In this document: piece by piece, positions 50,501-64,000 of the stretch | How positions within the stretch are numbered: position 1 is the stretch's first letter | Layout: the number at the start of each line of letters is the position of its first letter | NCBI GenBank assembly: GCA_038087875.1 | Contig: CM075989.1 | Location: 25,360,001-25,424,000, forward strand | From: Malacoraja senta | Taxonomy: Eukaryota | Reading direction: 5' to 3' | DNA: 64,000 bases | The notes under the pieces: model-generated | Database searches by the model: none | What the model saw: only the letters and a program-made list of their open reading frames with translations | What the model was told of the DNA's origin: nothing | Translations under genes and position numbers: made by a program

Positions 50501-51041
50501 TGTAGAAATTCCTGAATGGCTGACCTGTCAGGCCATGTGTGAAGTTTGTGCTCAAATGATGTTACCTCTTGTAATGAGTGGAGTCAAACACATATCAAGA
50601 TACAACACCTGTTTATTAGATCTACTTACAGCATCGATCTGCAGGACATTACAGTTCCTAGCAGCTACTCATACTGAATGGTGCAGGCAAGCTCTTGTTA
50701 ATATAAAACGCATATTAGGCGGAGCCACTACTAACAAGCACTACAATTGGCTAGTAGGAAATAACCAATCTACACCTCTCATCCTTCCAAACTCAATGAA
50801 GCAGTTGCTTCCAAAGATCCTCTAGCGAGCAAGATAGTCCACTCGACGAAAAAGACGTAGTACGGTCATGGGCAGATTCATGGGTAATTTAAGGCCCCAT
50901 TTCCGTAACCGGCTTCCGTCTCCGCACCAAAGATCCCATAGGATAATAGTGCGGAGGCGGAAGCCGGTTACAGAAACATCCTCATAAAAATAAAGGTTAT
51001 TTGGTAAAAATCTTCTCTTCATTTTCAGAATTTAAATTTAT
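47529..51041. repeat. Direct duplicate of 43691-47328
   Basis: The unique parts appear base-identical, at offsets 3838 and 3713. Differences are concentrated in and just after the G tract (second tract ~48278-49907). Confidence 0.95.
48148..48156 (-). CDS. PLEKHO2: Second copy of PLEKHO2 exon 1 in the duplicated block (probable assembly artefact)
   Basis: Identical to 44310-44318, including flanks, at offset 3838. It lies just after the N gap. Confidence 0.5.
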
Positions 51042-51216
51042 TAACACAAACTGTTCCCCCACAAAGTTGATCACACTGCGAGTCGGGTCAGTTCGGGTCG
51101 GGTCCGGGTACGGAAATGGATGAAAAAAAGGCCCACGTTCCATTCCGTTGCATACTACACGTCAGCCCATTGCATTTTGCAGGAGTGGTCTATCTTGCTC
51201 CGCTATAGGATCTTTG
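50812..51216. mobile_element. 405-bp MITE, same family as 8495-8884, opposite orientation
   Basis: CAAAGATCC.../...GGATCTTTG TIRs. TSD GTTGCTTC at 50804-50811 and 51217-51224. Confidence 0.92.
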
Positions 51217-52092
51217 GTTGCTTCAGCTCTCCTCATCTGACAAATCCATCATCCCAGGAATCAATCTGGCAAATCTTTGCACAGTCCTTGGTGAATAGAC
51301 ACTCCTTGGGTAGAGAGAGCAGACCTCAGCTGTGGTCTCACCACCCCTTGTATAACTAGAGCAGGGCGTCCAGCTTTTTCATTCGAATCCTCCTATACTA
51401 ACACAATGAACTGTTTGCATTCCTGTATGCTCACTGTCCCTGTATATTTCAATGGTTTGTACAGTTACACCCATGTCCCCATTATCACTGATATCTTTCG
51501 TACCATTTACAGAAAATCTTTGCTTTGCTGTTTTCCACCAAAATGGATATCCTCTCATTTTTACTAATCATATACCATCTTTCCTATATTTTGCCATTTG
51601 CTTCTCCTGCACATATCCTCTTGAAGCCTCTCTGCCTACCCCTCACAACTCACACTGCTATTTCTTACTGTCAAACAGGATTCCCGGTAACTGGACGTGG
51701 TTGGATGTGGGCTAGGATACTTAGCTGGACCGGGTTAGTGTGCTGGCGCAGTAACAGTGCCGGGCTGGGGTCTGGGATAACAAGCCTGACTGAGGAAAAC
51801 CAAAAGCAATTACAAGTTTTTGGGATCATGTACTGGGCAGACTCCAAGGTCATTGGAGACACTAAGATGGTGTCTGGGTTAATTAGCAGAACTGGGATGT
51901 TTTTTAAGGTGATTGTCTTTACTAGGTTAATGGGCTGGGTAATTGACAGCACTGGGTATATCCATAAATCATAGGAGCATAATTAGGCCATTTGGTCCAT
52001 CAAGTCTGCTCTGGCATTCAATCATGGCTGATTTATCTTTCCCATCTTAACCTATTCTCCTGCCTGCTCCCCACGACCTTGACTCTCTTACT

Positions 52093-55000
52093 TACTCCAC
52101 CACCTACCAAGGCCCCTCCTTTCAACATCTCCGCTGACCTCCTTACCCCTCCTCCTCACTGCTTCCTCTCCCAGTTTGACCCGGTCACCCCTACTGAAAT
52201 CTCCAAACTCATCAGCTCTTCCAAACCCACTACCTGCTCCCTCGACCCTCTCCCCACTCCCCTGCTGAAGTCCTGCCTCCCCGCTCTCTGCCCCTACCTC
52301 ACTAATCTCTTCAACTCCTCATTGTCCCAAGGAATTGTCCCCTCTGCTTTCAAAACTGCTGCTGTCACACCAATCTTAAAGAAACCTGGTCTTGATCCCT
52401 CCTCTCTCATTAACTACCCCCCTATCTCAAACCTCCCCTTTCTTTCAAAAACCCTGGAGCGTATCGTCGCGTCACAACTTCATTCCCACCTCCTCGCGTA
52501 TAACCTATTCGAACCCCTCCAATCTGGCTTTCGCCCCCTCCATAGCACAGAAACTGCTCTCCTCAAAGTCCTCAATGACCTCCTTACCTCTGCTGACTGG
52601 CTCCCTCAATATCCTCATCCTCCTCGACCTGAGTGCAGCCGTCGATACCGTGAACCATAACATCCTGCTCACCAGACTTAGGGACCTTGGCATTGAAGGT
52701 TCTGCACTCAGCTGGCTCCGTTCCTACCTTTCCAACCAATCCCACTTCATCTCTCCACAACCACACCTCTGCCACAGCCACTGTCACTCAAGGCGTTCCC
52801 CAAGGCTCCGTTCTTGGTCCCCTCCTCTTCATCATCTACATCCTCCCCCTTGGTCATATACTCCGTCACTTCAACCTGGACTTCCACTGCAATGCTGATG
52901 ACACCCAGATCTATCTCAGCACCAAATCCCCCCACCACCCCCGTCTCTCCCATATCAACTCCTGCCTGTCAGCCACCAAATCTTGGATGCAACTCAACTT
53001 CCTTAAATTAAACAGTAACAAAACAGAATTTCTCCTCATTGGCTCCAAATCAACACTCACTAAAATTAACAACCCCACTCTCACTATTGACGGCACCACT
53101 GTCTCCCCATCTCCTCAGGCCCGCAACCTTGGCATGATCTTTGACTCAACCCTCTCCCTTGAGCCTCACATCCGCCATGTTGTCAAAACATCATTTTTTC
53201 ACCTCCGCAACATTGCCAAAATCAGATCCTGTCTCACACCCCCCGCTGCTGAAAGACTCATCCATGCCTCTCCCAAAACTCAATGTGAGTGAACAAGAGG
53301 AATTAGGTGCACAAGTCTCAACTAAGAAAATAGAAGAAACAATAAATACATTAAAGAATGGAAAAACTCCAGGACCAGATGGTTTTAGTAATGAATTTTA
53401 TAAAAGATTTTATGAGATAATTACACCACGACTACATAAAATGTATACATATGCTTTTAAAGAACATACACTTCCAGAAACATTGGCGGAGTCAACGATT
53501 ACACATACCTAAAAAAGGTAAAGATTTAGAAGATCCAGGTTCTTATAGAGCTATTGCGCTGTTAAATACAGATCAAAAAATATTAGCAAAAACATTAGCT
53601 AGAAGGCTAAGTAACTATGTTAGTAAATTAATAAATCCGGATCAAACAGGGTTTATACCCAAGAGATACTCAAGCAATAACCTGAGACGTCTGTTTAATA
53701 TAATGCACTCACATAAAACCGAAGAGCAAGACTTATCAATTATTTCACTGGACGCAGAAAAAGCATTTGATCAAGTGGAATGGGATTATATGGTTAAAGT
53801 ATTGCAAAAATGTCAAGTGGGAGAGAATTTTATCGCTTGGGTAAAATTATTATATGATAGGCCTACGGCCAGAATATTAACTAATAATATGCTGTCCTCG
53901 AAATTTCAGTTATCAAGGGGAAATAGACAGGGGTGTTCATTATCACCTCTGCTATTTGCTCTTGTAATAGAACCGTTAGCGGAAAGTATTAGGATACATC
54001 CGAATATTCATGGGTACAATACAAAATATTCAAATAATAAGATATCTTTATATGCAGATGATGTACTATTATATATTACAAAATCACAAACTAGTATACC
54101 AAATATATTAAATGTAATTGAGGAATTTGGATCCTTTTCAGGATATAGAATAAATTGGAATAAAAGTGAAATTATGACGATTAAACCTCAAGAATCGACA
54201 CACTTGTCAAAATTCCCTTTTAAAATCGCTTCAGAAAAATTTAAATATTTGGGAATTGAAATTACTAGAAAATATAAATCTCTATTTAATGCAAACTATA
54301 TGCCCTTACTCAATAAACTAAACACACTGATTAAATTCTGGAAAACCCTCCCGATGTCTCTTATAGGCCGAATAAATGCTATAAAAATGATCTTTTTACC
54401 ACAAATTCTATATCTATTCCAGTCAATACCGATATACTTACCAACATTTTTTTATTTAAAATTGGATGCTGATATTACAAACTTTATATGGGACTATAAA
54501 TCCCACAGAATCCAAAGAAAACATTTGTGTAAACCTAAGGAATTTGGTGGATTATCACTCCCCAATTTTTTATATTATTATTGGGCCACAAATGTCAAAA
54601 ATATGATTCACCTGTTGGACAATTCGGCCCAGCAGGTGGATTGGATAGTAATGGAGAGAGAGGACTGTTCCCCTTTTAACATAGGAGCGATCCTTCTCTC
54701 ACCAACAAAAATGAAGAATACAATATATAGTAAAAATCCAATTATTCACAGTACAATTAGAATTTGGAAACAAATAAAATTAACGTTAAAATTAAGAAAT
54801 CTATCACTTCTTTCACCTATAATGAATAACCCTTCGTTTAAACCTTCTACGATAGATAGAGCTTTTATAAATTGGGAAAGAGTAGGAATTAAAACGTTTG
54901 GAGATATGTATGATAATGGAAGTTTTTTAACATTTCACCAATTACAACTTAAATATAACTTGAATAGTAATCAATATTTCAAATATTTTCAACTAAGTGA

Positions 55001-56644
55001 CTATTTGAAAAAGTATACACGAGAATATCAAAATATGTCTCCTGACCTATTATATGGGATAATGAATATAAAAGCGGAATCAGCTAATTTAATATCATAC
55101 CTATATAATGCCATTTTAAATATAGAAATTCCATCATCGGACGGGATTAGAAGAGAATGGGAACAGGAACTAGCTATAAAAATCTCAAAAGAGAGTTGGG
55201 ATAAACATCTATTATATGTGCATAAATGTTCGATTAACGTAAGACATACTCTGATTCAATTTAAAATTCTACATAGATTATATTATTCAAAAGCTAAATT
55301 AAGTAAATTTTACCCAAATACCTCTGCTAACTGTGATAAATGCCTAGTCCAAGAATCAACTATAGCACATTCTTTTGTTTTCTGTATAAAAATTCAAAAA
55401 TTTGGGAATGAAATTTTTGAAATTTTCACTAAATGATTTAAAATAAAACTGAAACCGAATGCAGAATTGATTATTTTTGGAACAATAGAAGCAAGTTTGG
55501 AGCTGACTGTGTTTCAAAGGAGTTTTCTTAGTTATGGCTTAATAACGGCAAAAAAACTGATACTGAAATTTTGGAAAAATGCTCCTACGCCAACAATAAA
55601 AATGTGGACTTCTAATATGTCGGAATTGTTACATCTAGAAGATATGAGATTCCTCCTAGCAGGTAAACAAGACCAATTCCAAAAGATTTGGTCTCCATAT
55701 ATCGACTTATTACAAACATAGGGTGCAACAAAATGTTGATAATAAATGGTTTTAGGACCTGGCGAGGGGTGAGTAAAGATAAGAAGTAGGTACATCCCTT
55801 TCATATTGTCCTATCTTATTTTCTTTTTTCTCTTTTTTTCTTTTCTTCTTTAACTACTTCCTGTGGTTTAGGTTCACATGTGTGTTCCTGGACCACTTTT
55901 TCATTCACTCACTGACTGTCTTTGCTAGCTCTTTCTATCCTTTCTTTCTATTAAAGTAGAAAAACAGAAGTGGTACAAGAACTGTATAAATTTACATTAT
56001 TGCAGATTACTGTAATGTAAAATACTTCTAATAAATTCTTTTTTTTTTTTAAGAAAAAAAAAAGACTCATCCATGCCTTCATCTCCTCCTGACTGGACTA
56101 CTGTAACTCTCTTCTCTTTGGCATCAATTCCAGCAACATCAACCGACTCCAACTGGTCCAGAACGCTGCCGCCTGACTCATTACGAACACCAAAGAACTT
56201 CACTTGCTTCCCATTTCCCATCGGATCATCTACAAAATCCTGGTCCTCACCTACAAAGCCCTCAACCACTTGGCCCCCCCCTTATCTCACTGACCTCCTC
56301 TCCCCCTACCAACCCTCACGGTCCCTCAGATCCACATCAGCTGGTCTCCTCTCCACTCCGAAATCAAACCTCTGCACTTTTGGAGGCAGAGCCTTCTCCA
56401 GGGCAGCTCCCAGGCTCTGGAATTCCCTCCCACAACTGATCCGAAATTCTGAGTCCCTCACCATCTTCCAGTCCCGCCTCAAGACCCATCTCTTCACCTC
56501 TGCATACCCTTAGTCCCATGTCCCCCTCCCCTTTGCATCTCTGTCTTACTGCTCTATTTTTTAAATTTATTTTTTTTACTCTCAATGTAAAGCGACTTTG
56601 AGTCCTTGAAAAGCGCTATATAAATAAAATGTATTATTATTATT
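52093..56644 (+). mobile_element. 5'-truncated L2-clade LINE split by an L1 insertion
   Basis: TTCSLDPLPT.LLK, NY.PISNLPFLSK.LE, QSGFRP.HSTETALLKV.NDL, GVPQGSVLGP, ADDTQIY. Resumes at 56061 and ends in the L2 stem-loop AAAGCGACTTTGAG...AAAGCGCTAT and (TAT)n. Confidence 0.9.
53270..56060 (+). mobile_element. 5'-truncated L1-clade LINE (ORF2 RT + C-terminal domain, 3' UTR, A tail)
   Basis: GKTPGPDGF..EFY, SYR.IALLN.D.KIL.K, SLDAEKAFD, GNRQGC.LSPLLF, LYADD. One frameshift (~53500) and one in-frame TGA (55434-55436). AATAAA at 56030. 18-bp TSD AAAGACTCATCCATGCCT at 53252-53269 and 56061-56078. Confidence 0.93.
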
Positions 56645-57394
56645 AATCAAAAACCTGGTAATTTTCACTTCAAAGATACCCTATGACTTGGCCTCCACAG
56701 CCATCTGTGGCAATTAATTACTTTTATTCTGAGGCTGTGCCCTCTGGTCCTAGGCTCTCCCACTAGTGGAAACATTCCCTCCACATCCACTCTATGCAGG
56801 CCTTTCACCATTCGGTAAGTTTCTATGAGGTCCCCCTCATCCTTCGAAACACCAGTGAGTACAGGCCCAGACGCGTCATATATTAACCCAATCATCCCCG
56901 TGATCAATCTAGTGAACCTTCTCTACACCCTTTCCAATGCCAGTAAATCTCTCTTCAGATATGAGGTCCAGGACTGCTCACAATACTCCAAATGCGGTCT
57001 GACCGGTGCCTTATAAATCCTCAGCATTACATCCCTGTAAATTGGTGGCACTGGGTAGCTTCCTGGTAGCAAACGAATGGAGTTGGGGGATCATGTGGCT
57101 CTCTGATAAAGTGCTAGGTGATTGACATTACAGGATTAGAGTCTGTTGAAACTGTCAGCTGGAGATAGAGGCCAGGATTTATAACCATCGGATAATATCC
57201 AAGATATCCAGAAGTTGTGGGGTAGGATCCAGCAACACTCGACTAGGGCACGAGGTTCCTGCTGCAATGGGATATGGTCCAGGTTACTGGAAAGCATCCA
57301 GAGTAACTAGTATCACCGTAGATTGGGTCCAGAATAACTAAGAAGACTTGGCTGGGTAACTGGTAATGCTGGAGAGGATTCAGTACCAACTCCA

Positions 57395-57580
57395 AGGGTA
57401 AACAAATGTGCTGGAGAAACTCAGCGGGTGCAGCAGCATCTATGGAGCAGTCTGAAGAAGGGTTTCGGCCCGAAACGTTGCCTATTTCCTTCGCTCCATA
57501 GATGCTGCTGCACCCGCTGAGTTTCTCCAGCACTTTTGTCTACCATCAATTTTTCAGCATCTGCAGTTCCTTCTTAAACA
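57395..57580. mobile_element. Penelope-derived palindromic element with a hammerhead motif at 57449-57482
   Basis: Arms GTGCTGGAGAAACTCAGCGGGTGCAGCAGCATCTATGGAGC and their reverse complement. Core CTGAAGA A GGG-TTTCGG-CCC GAAA CGTT GCC. Flanked by ACCAACTCCAAGGG on both sides (~57386 and ~57580). Confidence 0.8.
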
Positions 57581-59654
57581 CCAACTCCAAGGGCCTGGGC
57601 AAAGTCCCCCGAGAGACAGAATGCAACTCAGAGATGTCCTGAATGTGGTTCCACTCTGGTTAAAACCCAATTTCAATTGCACTTCTTTGAGAAATTAAGC
57701 ACTATGGAATCTAAGTTCCAGGTAAAGTTCCTTTATGGAGTGGGTGGTTACAATCTGCAACACACTGCCTGAACGTGTAGATGTGACGGTTTCAAAAGTA
57801 TCATTCAAAAAGGAATTGGATAAATATTTGAAGGGAAAACATTCACAGGTATTTGGCGAAAGTTCAGGAAACTGGAACCAACTGGACAGTTGTTTTTGAA
57901 GAATGACGTCCTTCTTTGCTCTCTTACTGATGAAAAGCCTTCTATGTATTTCACAGCCTCAGGCCTTGTGGCTGAAAGGGCACCTAAATGACATCACTTT
58001 GCATAAACTTACTCAACCAGGATGTGGCTTTTACTGCAGATTACCATTTCCTAATCATCTGAAGTTGTTTGACATTGGCTTTTGGTCACAGTGTTTTAAA
58101 TAGTGTGACATATTTGTTTGGATGCTTAAAGCATGCACCAATCAAATATTTAATATACTTCAAAACCAGGCATTTAGTTAGCACTAGCACTGAAACAGTT
58201 GCTTAAAGTCATTGATAACCTTGGGTCTGGGACGGTATCAGTTGCTGCCGTTTCAGGCAAATTCTGTTAATGACACGGAACACAATTGATATTATTGTTA
58301 GTTAAAGCTGGAACAAATGCCCAGGTTTGATTTTGACAGAAAGAGTGACGGGGGTGGGGGGTATTTCAATTGATGGTATTTACTTTGAGAAGGTACTTAG
58401 TAAGGCTGTTAATAAGAGACAATTAAAGTGAAAGCTGGTGGAATTGAAGGTGAATTATTAACAGCTTGGAAACTCAGCTGGGAATGCGGTACAGGACTGG
58501 TACTCACGACAACAGTGTGTGACAAGCAGTTGGGCCCACAGCTATTCATTGTGTTTATAAATGGTTTAGATAATGGGATAAAAAAGCCACATGAACTAGT
58601 TTGGTGATGTTGCAAAAATGGCACATCAACTGTGTGGCAAGCATAAACTACAATACATTTTAATGCATCCAGTACATAGGAATAATAATGTCCAATAATT
58701 ATCAGTGTAGGTCATGAGGTCACTCAGTTTGGATCTAAAAACAGATTAAAGTTCTTCTTTAAATGATGAAAGACCAGAACTAGTGCAGAGAAATAGCAAT
58801 GTGGGTGGATGATGAAAACATTGCAGAGAGTCAATGATGGAAAGGTTGATCAGTTTTATGCCTGCTGGACTTGATCCCGAGTGGTGTACATTATGTTGCA
58901 AGCATGAATAGCCCTTGTTAAATTACATCTGGAATACCATCAGCTGTCCAGGCAATGCACAGTCGGAGAACATGTACACAGGGTTCTGCAGCCATAAATA
59001 GAAGCAGTTGAGAAACACACTGAGTGAATATAGTTCATGGTTAATCATGAGGTTTGGGTAGAACATTAAGTTAGGTTATTGACTAGTTAGTAGGCGTTTC
59101 ATCAGAAGGACTGCATTCATCGGACCAAATTTCTGAGTATATAATGTAATATGGTCAAAATATTGTGATCAGGGAGAACCATGTAAGGGAAGAATGGAAG
59201 AATGTTGAGATATGGTTCTTCAACTACAAAAAGATGGCCTTTAGTTGAGCTCCAAAGAAACTTTCTTTGGGACGTATCCAGGTAAAGGCCCAGTCATGCC
59301 TGCTAGAATCATACAGCATGGAAACCGGCCCTTTCACCCACAGAGTCTGTGCTGACAATCATGACTAATTCTACACTAATCCCATTTTATTCTCTTCACA
59401 TTTCTATCAACTTCACTCAAATTCTACTGCTCAGTTATGCACTGGTGGCAATTTGAGCCAACCCAAATATGAATGAACTTACAACCCAAATATCTTTGCA
59501 AAATGGGAGGCAACCAGAACACCCAAGGCAAAAACCAAATGTTCATGAGGAGAACTTTCAAACTCCACAGATACTGTGCCACAGATCAGCAGCAACTTTA
59601 CCACCTGTGCCACTGTGATAATAACGTAAACATTTGCTTGCTGGAAATTTCCTA

Positions 59655-60620
59655 TCTCATCGTGATCCCTTGGGACTGAAGACGACTTACTTCCTATCCA
59701 GTTCTGTGGTTTATGAGGTGACAGATGAGGCAAAAGGTCTACCACAGATGGGGCAGGAAATACTTAATGAAATGGGTAAGTAGATCTATGTTGACATGCT
59801 TATTCTCCATAAACATTGGGTTCCTATGTGTTCCTGTTGTACATACTCAAGGATCTTCTTGGCTCCCCAATGATTCTCCAGTTTGAATGGTTAATGGGTG
59901 TGGAACTCCCAGAGGAGTCATTGGGAGCATGTTCTAAGGAGGCTCTGAGCACATCCTTTAAGCTTGTCCTCAGTTCAACAACTAATCTCTTTCCTTGGCA
60001 GATACTGGAGTAGAGTGAATGTTCCGGGAGTCTGTCGCTGGGCGTGCAAAGGACGTGTCCTGGCCAATGGAATGTAAGTATGGTATCACTCTTGGTGGAG
60101 AGTATGTTTGGTATCACGGCTGGTTAGAGTAACTATACTATCACTACTGGTCAGAGTAACCATGGGTATCACTGCTTGTTAGAGTAACTATTGTATCACT
60201 GCTGGTCAGAGTAACCATGGGTACTACTACTGATGCAGAATATGTATGGTATCACGGCTGGTTAGAGTAACTATAGTATCACTGCTGGTCAGAGTAACCA
60301 TGGGTACTACTGCTGTTGCAGGGTATGTATGGTATCACTGCTGGTGGAGAGTAACTATTTGGAAGATTTTGCAGTGACAATATTAGAGTTACTTCTCCAA
60401 ATACCAATATAATCTGTAAAATCTCCAAAGCACATGAGAAGACAGGAATTTCTGCTCCACGTAGAACATGATTTTTATACTCGGTTGAGGTCTTAATCTT
60501 TCGTCACACTCTTCATCAATTAATCAGTGGCGCGTTGAACCTCATCACTCATGTATGCTTTCACTGACATAATTCCTGAGATTCTGGAAGTGATCCATGC
60601 TTTCCACCTTAACTCCAAAC
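59655..60620 (-). mobile_element. Degraded RTE-clade LINE fragment
   Basis: FHWPGHV....DRLP...LYS....GKR......SLKDVL..SL resembles the RTE C-terminal LRW.GHV.RM...RLPK..LY..L..GKR motif. Confidence 0.55.
60080..60358. repeat. ~28-bp degenerate minisatellite (GTATCACTGCTGGTCAGAGTAACCATGG-like)
   Basis: About 9-10 variant tandem units. Confidence 0.8.
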
Positions 60621-60699
60621 ATTCCCTGAAACATCCCCTGAAACGTGAAAGTGCCAAGATATAGCCAGCGATTCGATGTAGCACTGCAGGCAGGTGAGC

Positions 60700-60952
60700 A
60701 GCAGCCACCAACCGAGCCCACCCACCCAGCCCAGCCCAGCAGCAATCACCCCAGCACCCAACCCAGCCCAGCAGCACCCACCCGACCCAGCCTACCCAAT
60801 CTAGCCCAGCACCCACCTAGCCAAGTCCACCCACTCATCCCAGCACCCACCTAGCCAAGTCCACCCACCCATCCCAGCAGCACTCACCGCACCTAGCACA
60901 GCACCCACCCAGACTACCTTGCCCTGTCCACCCACCCAGCCCAGCCCACCCA
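60700..60952. repeat. (CCCAG/CACC)n low-complexity tract
   Basis: Directly visible. Confidence 0.8.
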
Positions 60953-61030
60953 TTTGAATTTGGAAATAAAATGTAAAAATCTGATATCACTTGAATTTAG
61001 TAATCAAGAGATTAACAAAAACCTTGAAGC

Positions 61031-61190
61031 AGGGCGTCATGGTGGCATAACGGTAGAGCTACTGCCTTACAGCACCAGAGACCTGGGTTCGATCCTGACC
61101 ATGGGTGCTGTCTGTACAGAGTTTGTATGTTCCCCCCGTGACTTGCATGGGTTTTCTCTGAGATCTTCGGTTTCCTTGGACAACCCCACC
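61031..61190 (+). mobile_element. V-SINE (HE1-type) 5' part
   Basis: A-box-like TGGCATAACGG, B box GGTTCGATCC, and V-domain. Confidence 0.7.
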
Positions 61191-61726
61191 ACCACTAGAA
61201 CCAGTTGTGTGAATCTCATTGTGCTTCTTTCTATGGCAAGGATGTCCTATGCAGTATACTTTGATACCTTTAAGATAATAGCAGAATATTTGTAACATGG
61301 TGAGAGGTCAAGTGATGTTGATGTTGATTGGGATCTAGCTGTGTTCATATGCAAGTCACTGAAGGCCAACAGGAAGTGAATGTTAACGGAAAATGAAAGG
61401 GTTTGATTACAGGAATAAATAAATCTTATTGTAATCGTACAGAGGGCTGTGGTGGTTGTGGGTGGAATCATATTTGTCAACGTTGTATTCCTTATGCCAT
61501 GTTCTCACTCCTTGAACCTGTTCACATCACTTGGAGCCTCTTTATATTCTCTTTCCTGGTCACAATTCCACCTACTTTAGTCACATCAGAAAAATTGATC
61601 CCTTCTGAAATGGCCGATGTAGATTATGTCCACCTGAAGCCCACGCATAAATCCCTGTGTTATCCCACTAGTCACACCCTACTGATCTGAGAAAGATCAG
61701 TTTATTTCCACTCTTTCCTTTATATC

Positions 61727-63408
<1,682 letters not shown>

Positions 63409-64000
63409 AAAGGTACTGTACAAGTACTTTGCATCTGTTATCACCAAGGAGAAGGACATGGGGGACAGTGAGATCAATGTGGAGAGTACTGATATGCAGG
63501 GCAATTTGAGAGTAAGTAGGAAGAGGCGCTGGGACTCTTGAAGAGCATTATGTTGGATAAATCTCCACAACCTGATGGGATTTAACACAGGTTATTGAGA
63601 GCGGCAAAGTTTGCCTCTTCTCTAGCCACAGATGCGGTCCCGGAGAAATGGAGAGTAGCTAATGTTGTTCCTATTTTTAAGAAGGGATGCAGGGAATTAT
63701 TGGCCTGTGAGCTTTAACATTTTGTCATAAATCTTTTCAGCATTCATGACCTAAATATTAACTTTGGGTCCGAGCGATGACTTTGGTTGGCAATCACAAA
63801 ACAAAGCTCCACAACACATCTCATTCAGAATGTCATATCAGCGGCCACACACTGAAAAAATAACAGTTCAGCAATAAACATTTAGGACATATGGAAACAC
63901 TCGGCAGGTCCGACAGTACCTATGGAGAGAGAAACAGGCCTTTTGGTAATCTGTATGTGTTTTAGTTTCAAGCTTTAAGAAACGTTGTTTTCATTTGTTA

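Larger units (their letters stand above)
51968..57036 (-). mobile_element. CR1 3' fragment hosting the L2/L1 nest (pieces 51968-52092 and 56645-57036)
   Basis: The CR1 3' UTR stops at ...CCTTGACTCTCTTACT and resumes AATCAAAAACCT after the L2 tail, collinear with other CR1 copies in the window. Confidence 0.7.

Noticed and set aside
47529..51041. Genuine tandem duplication giving PLEKHO2 two promoters
   Set aside because: Both breakpoints coincide with the gap edges and the unique sequence looks identical, so an artefact is more parsimonious. Not formally excluded without reads.
53451..55436. 661-aa RT ORF as a domesticated host gene or retron-like system
   Set aside because: It is 5'-truncated, frameshifted, A-tailed and TSD-flanked, which is an ordinary L1 insertion.

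Overview
Repeat-dense vertebrate genomic DNA, most likely a cartilaginous fish (skate/ray). This is inferred from HE1/V-SINE-type tRNA SINEs, HER1/CR1-type LINE ends and abundant Penelope-derived palindromes. One complete host gene can be read by hand on the minus strand: PLEKHO2, six coding exons (44318-44310, 43327-43202, 42434-42312, 20537-20433, 17700-17602, 15154-14231), all GT-AG and phase 0, about 461 aa, with an N-terminal PH domain. Its CpG-rich first exon, a 20-bp minisatellite and a ~1.7 kb pure-purine G tract occur twice, on either side of a 200-N gap (43691-47328 vs 47529-51041). This is most likely an assembly false duplication. The rest is transposon material: CR1, L2, L1, Rex1/Babar, RTE, Vingi, Penelope, Tc1, P/hAT-like and pogo-like MITEs, and SINEs, with several readable nested insertions. 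The most interesting signals are minimal hammerhead-ribozyme motifs in Penelope-derived palindromic elements, a putative non-autonomous transposon carrying a captured CDS-like fragment, and young LINEs of unusual clades. I found no prokaryotic or CRISPR system. Repeat boundaries are approximate unless a target-site duplication (TSD) is cited, and family names come from motif recognition rather than database search.
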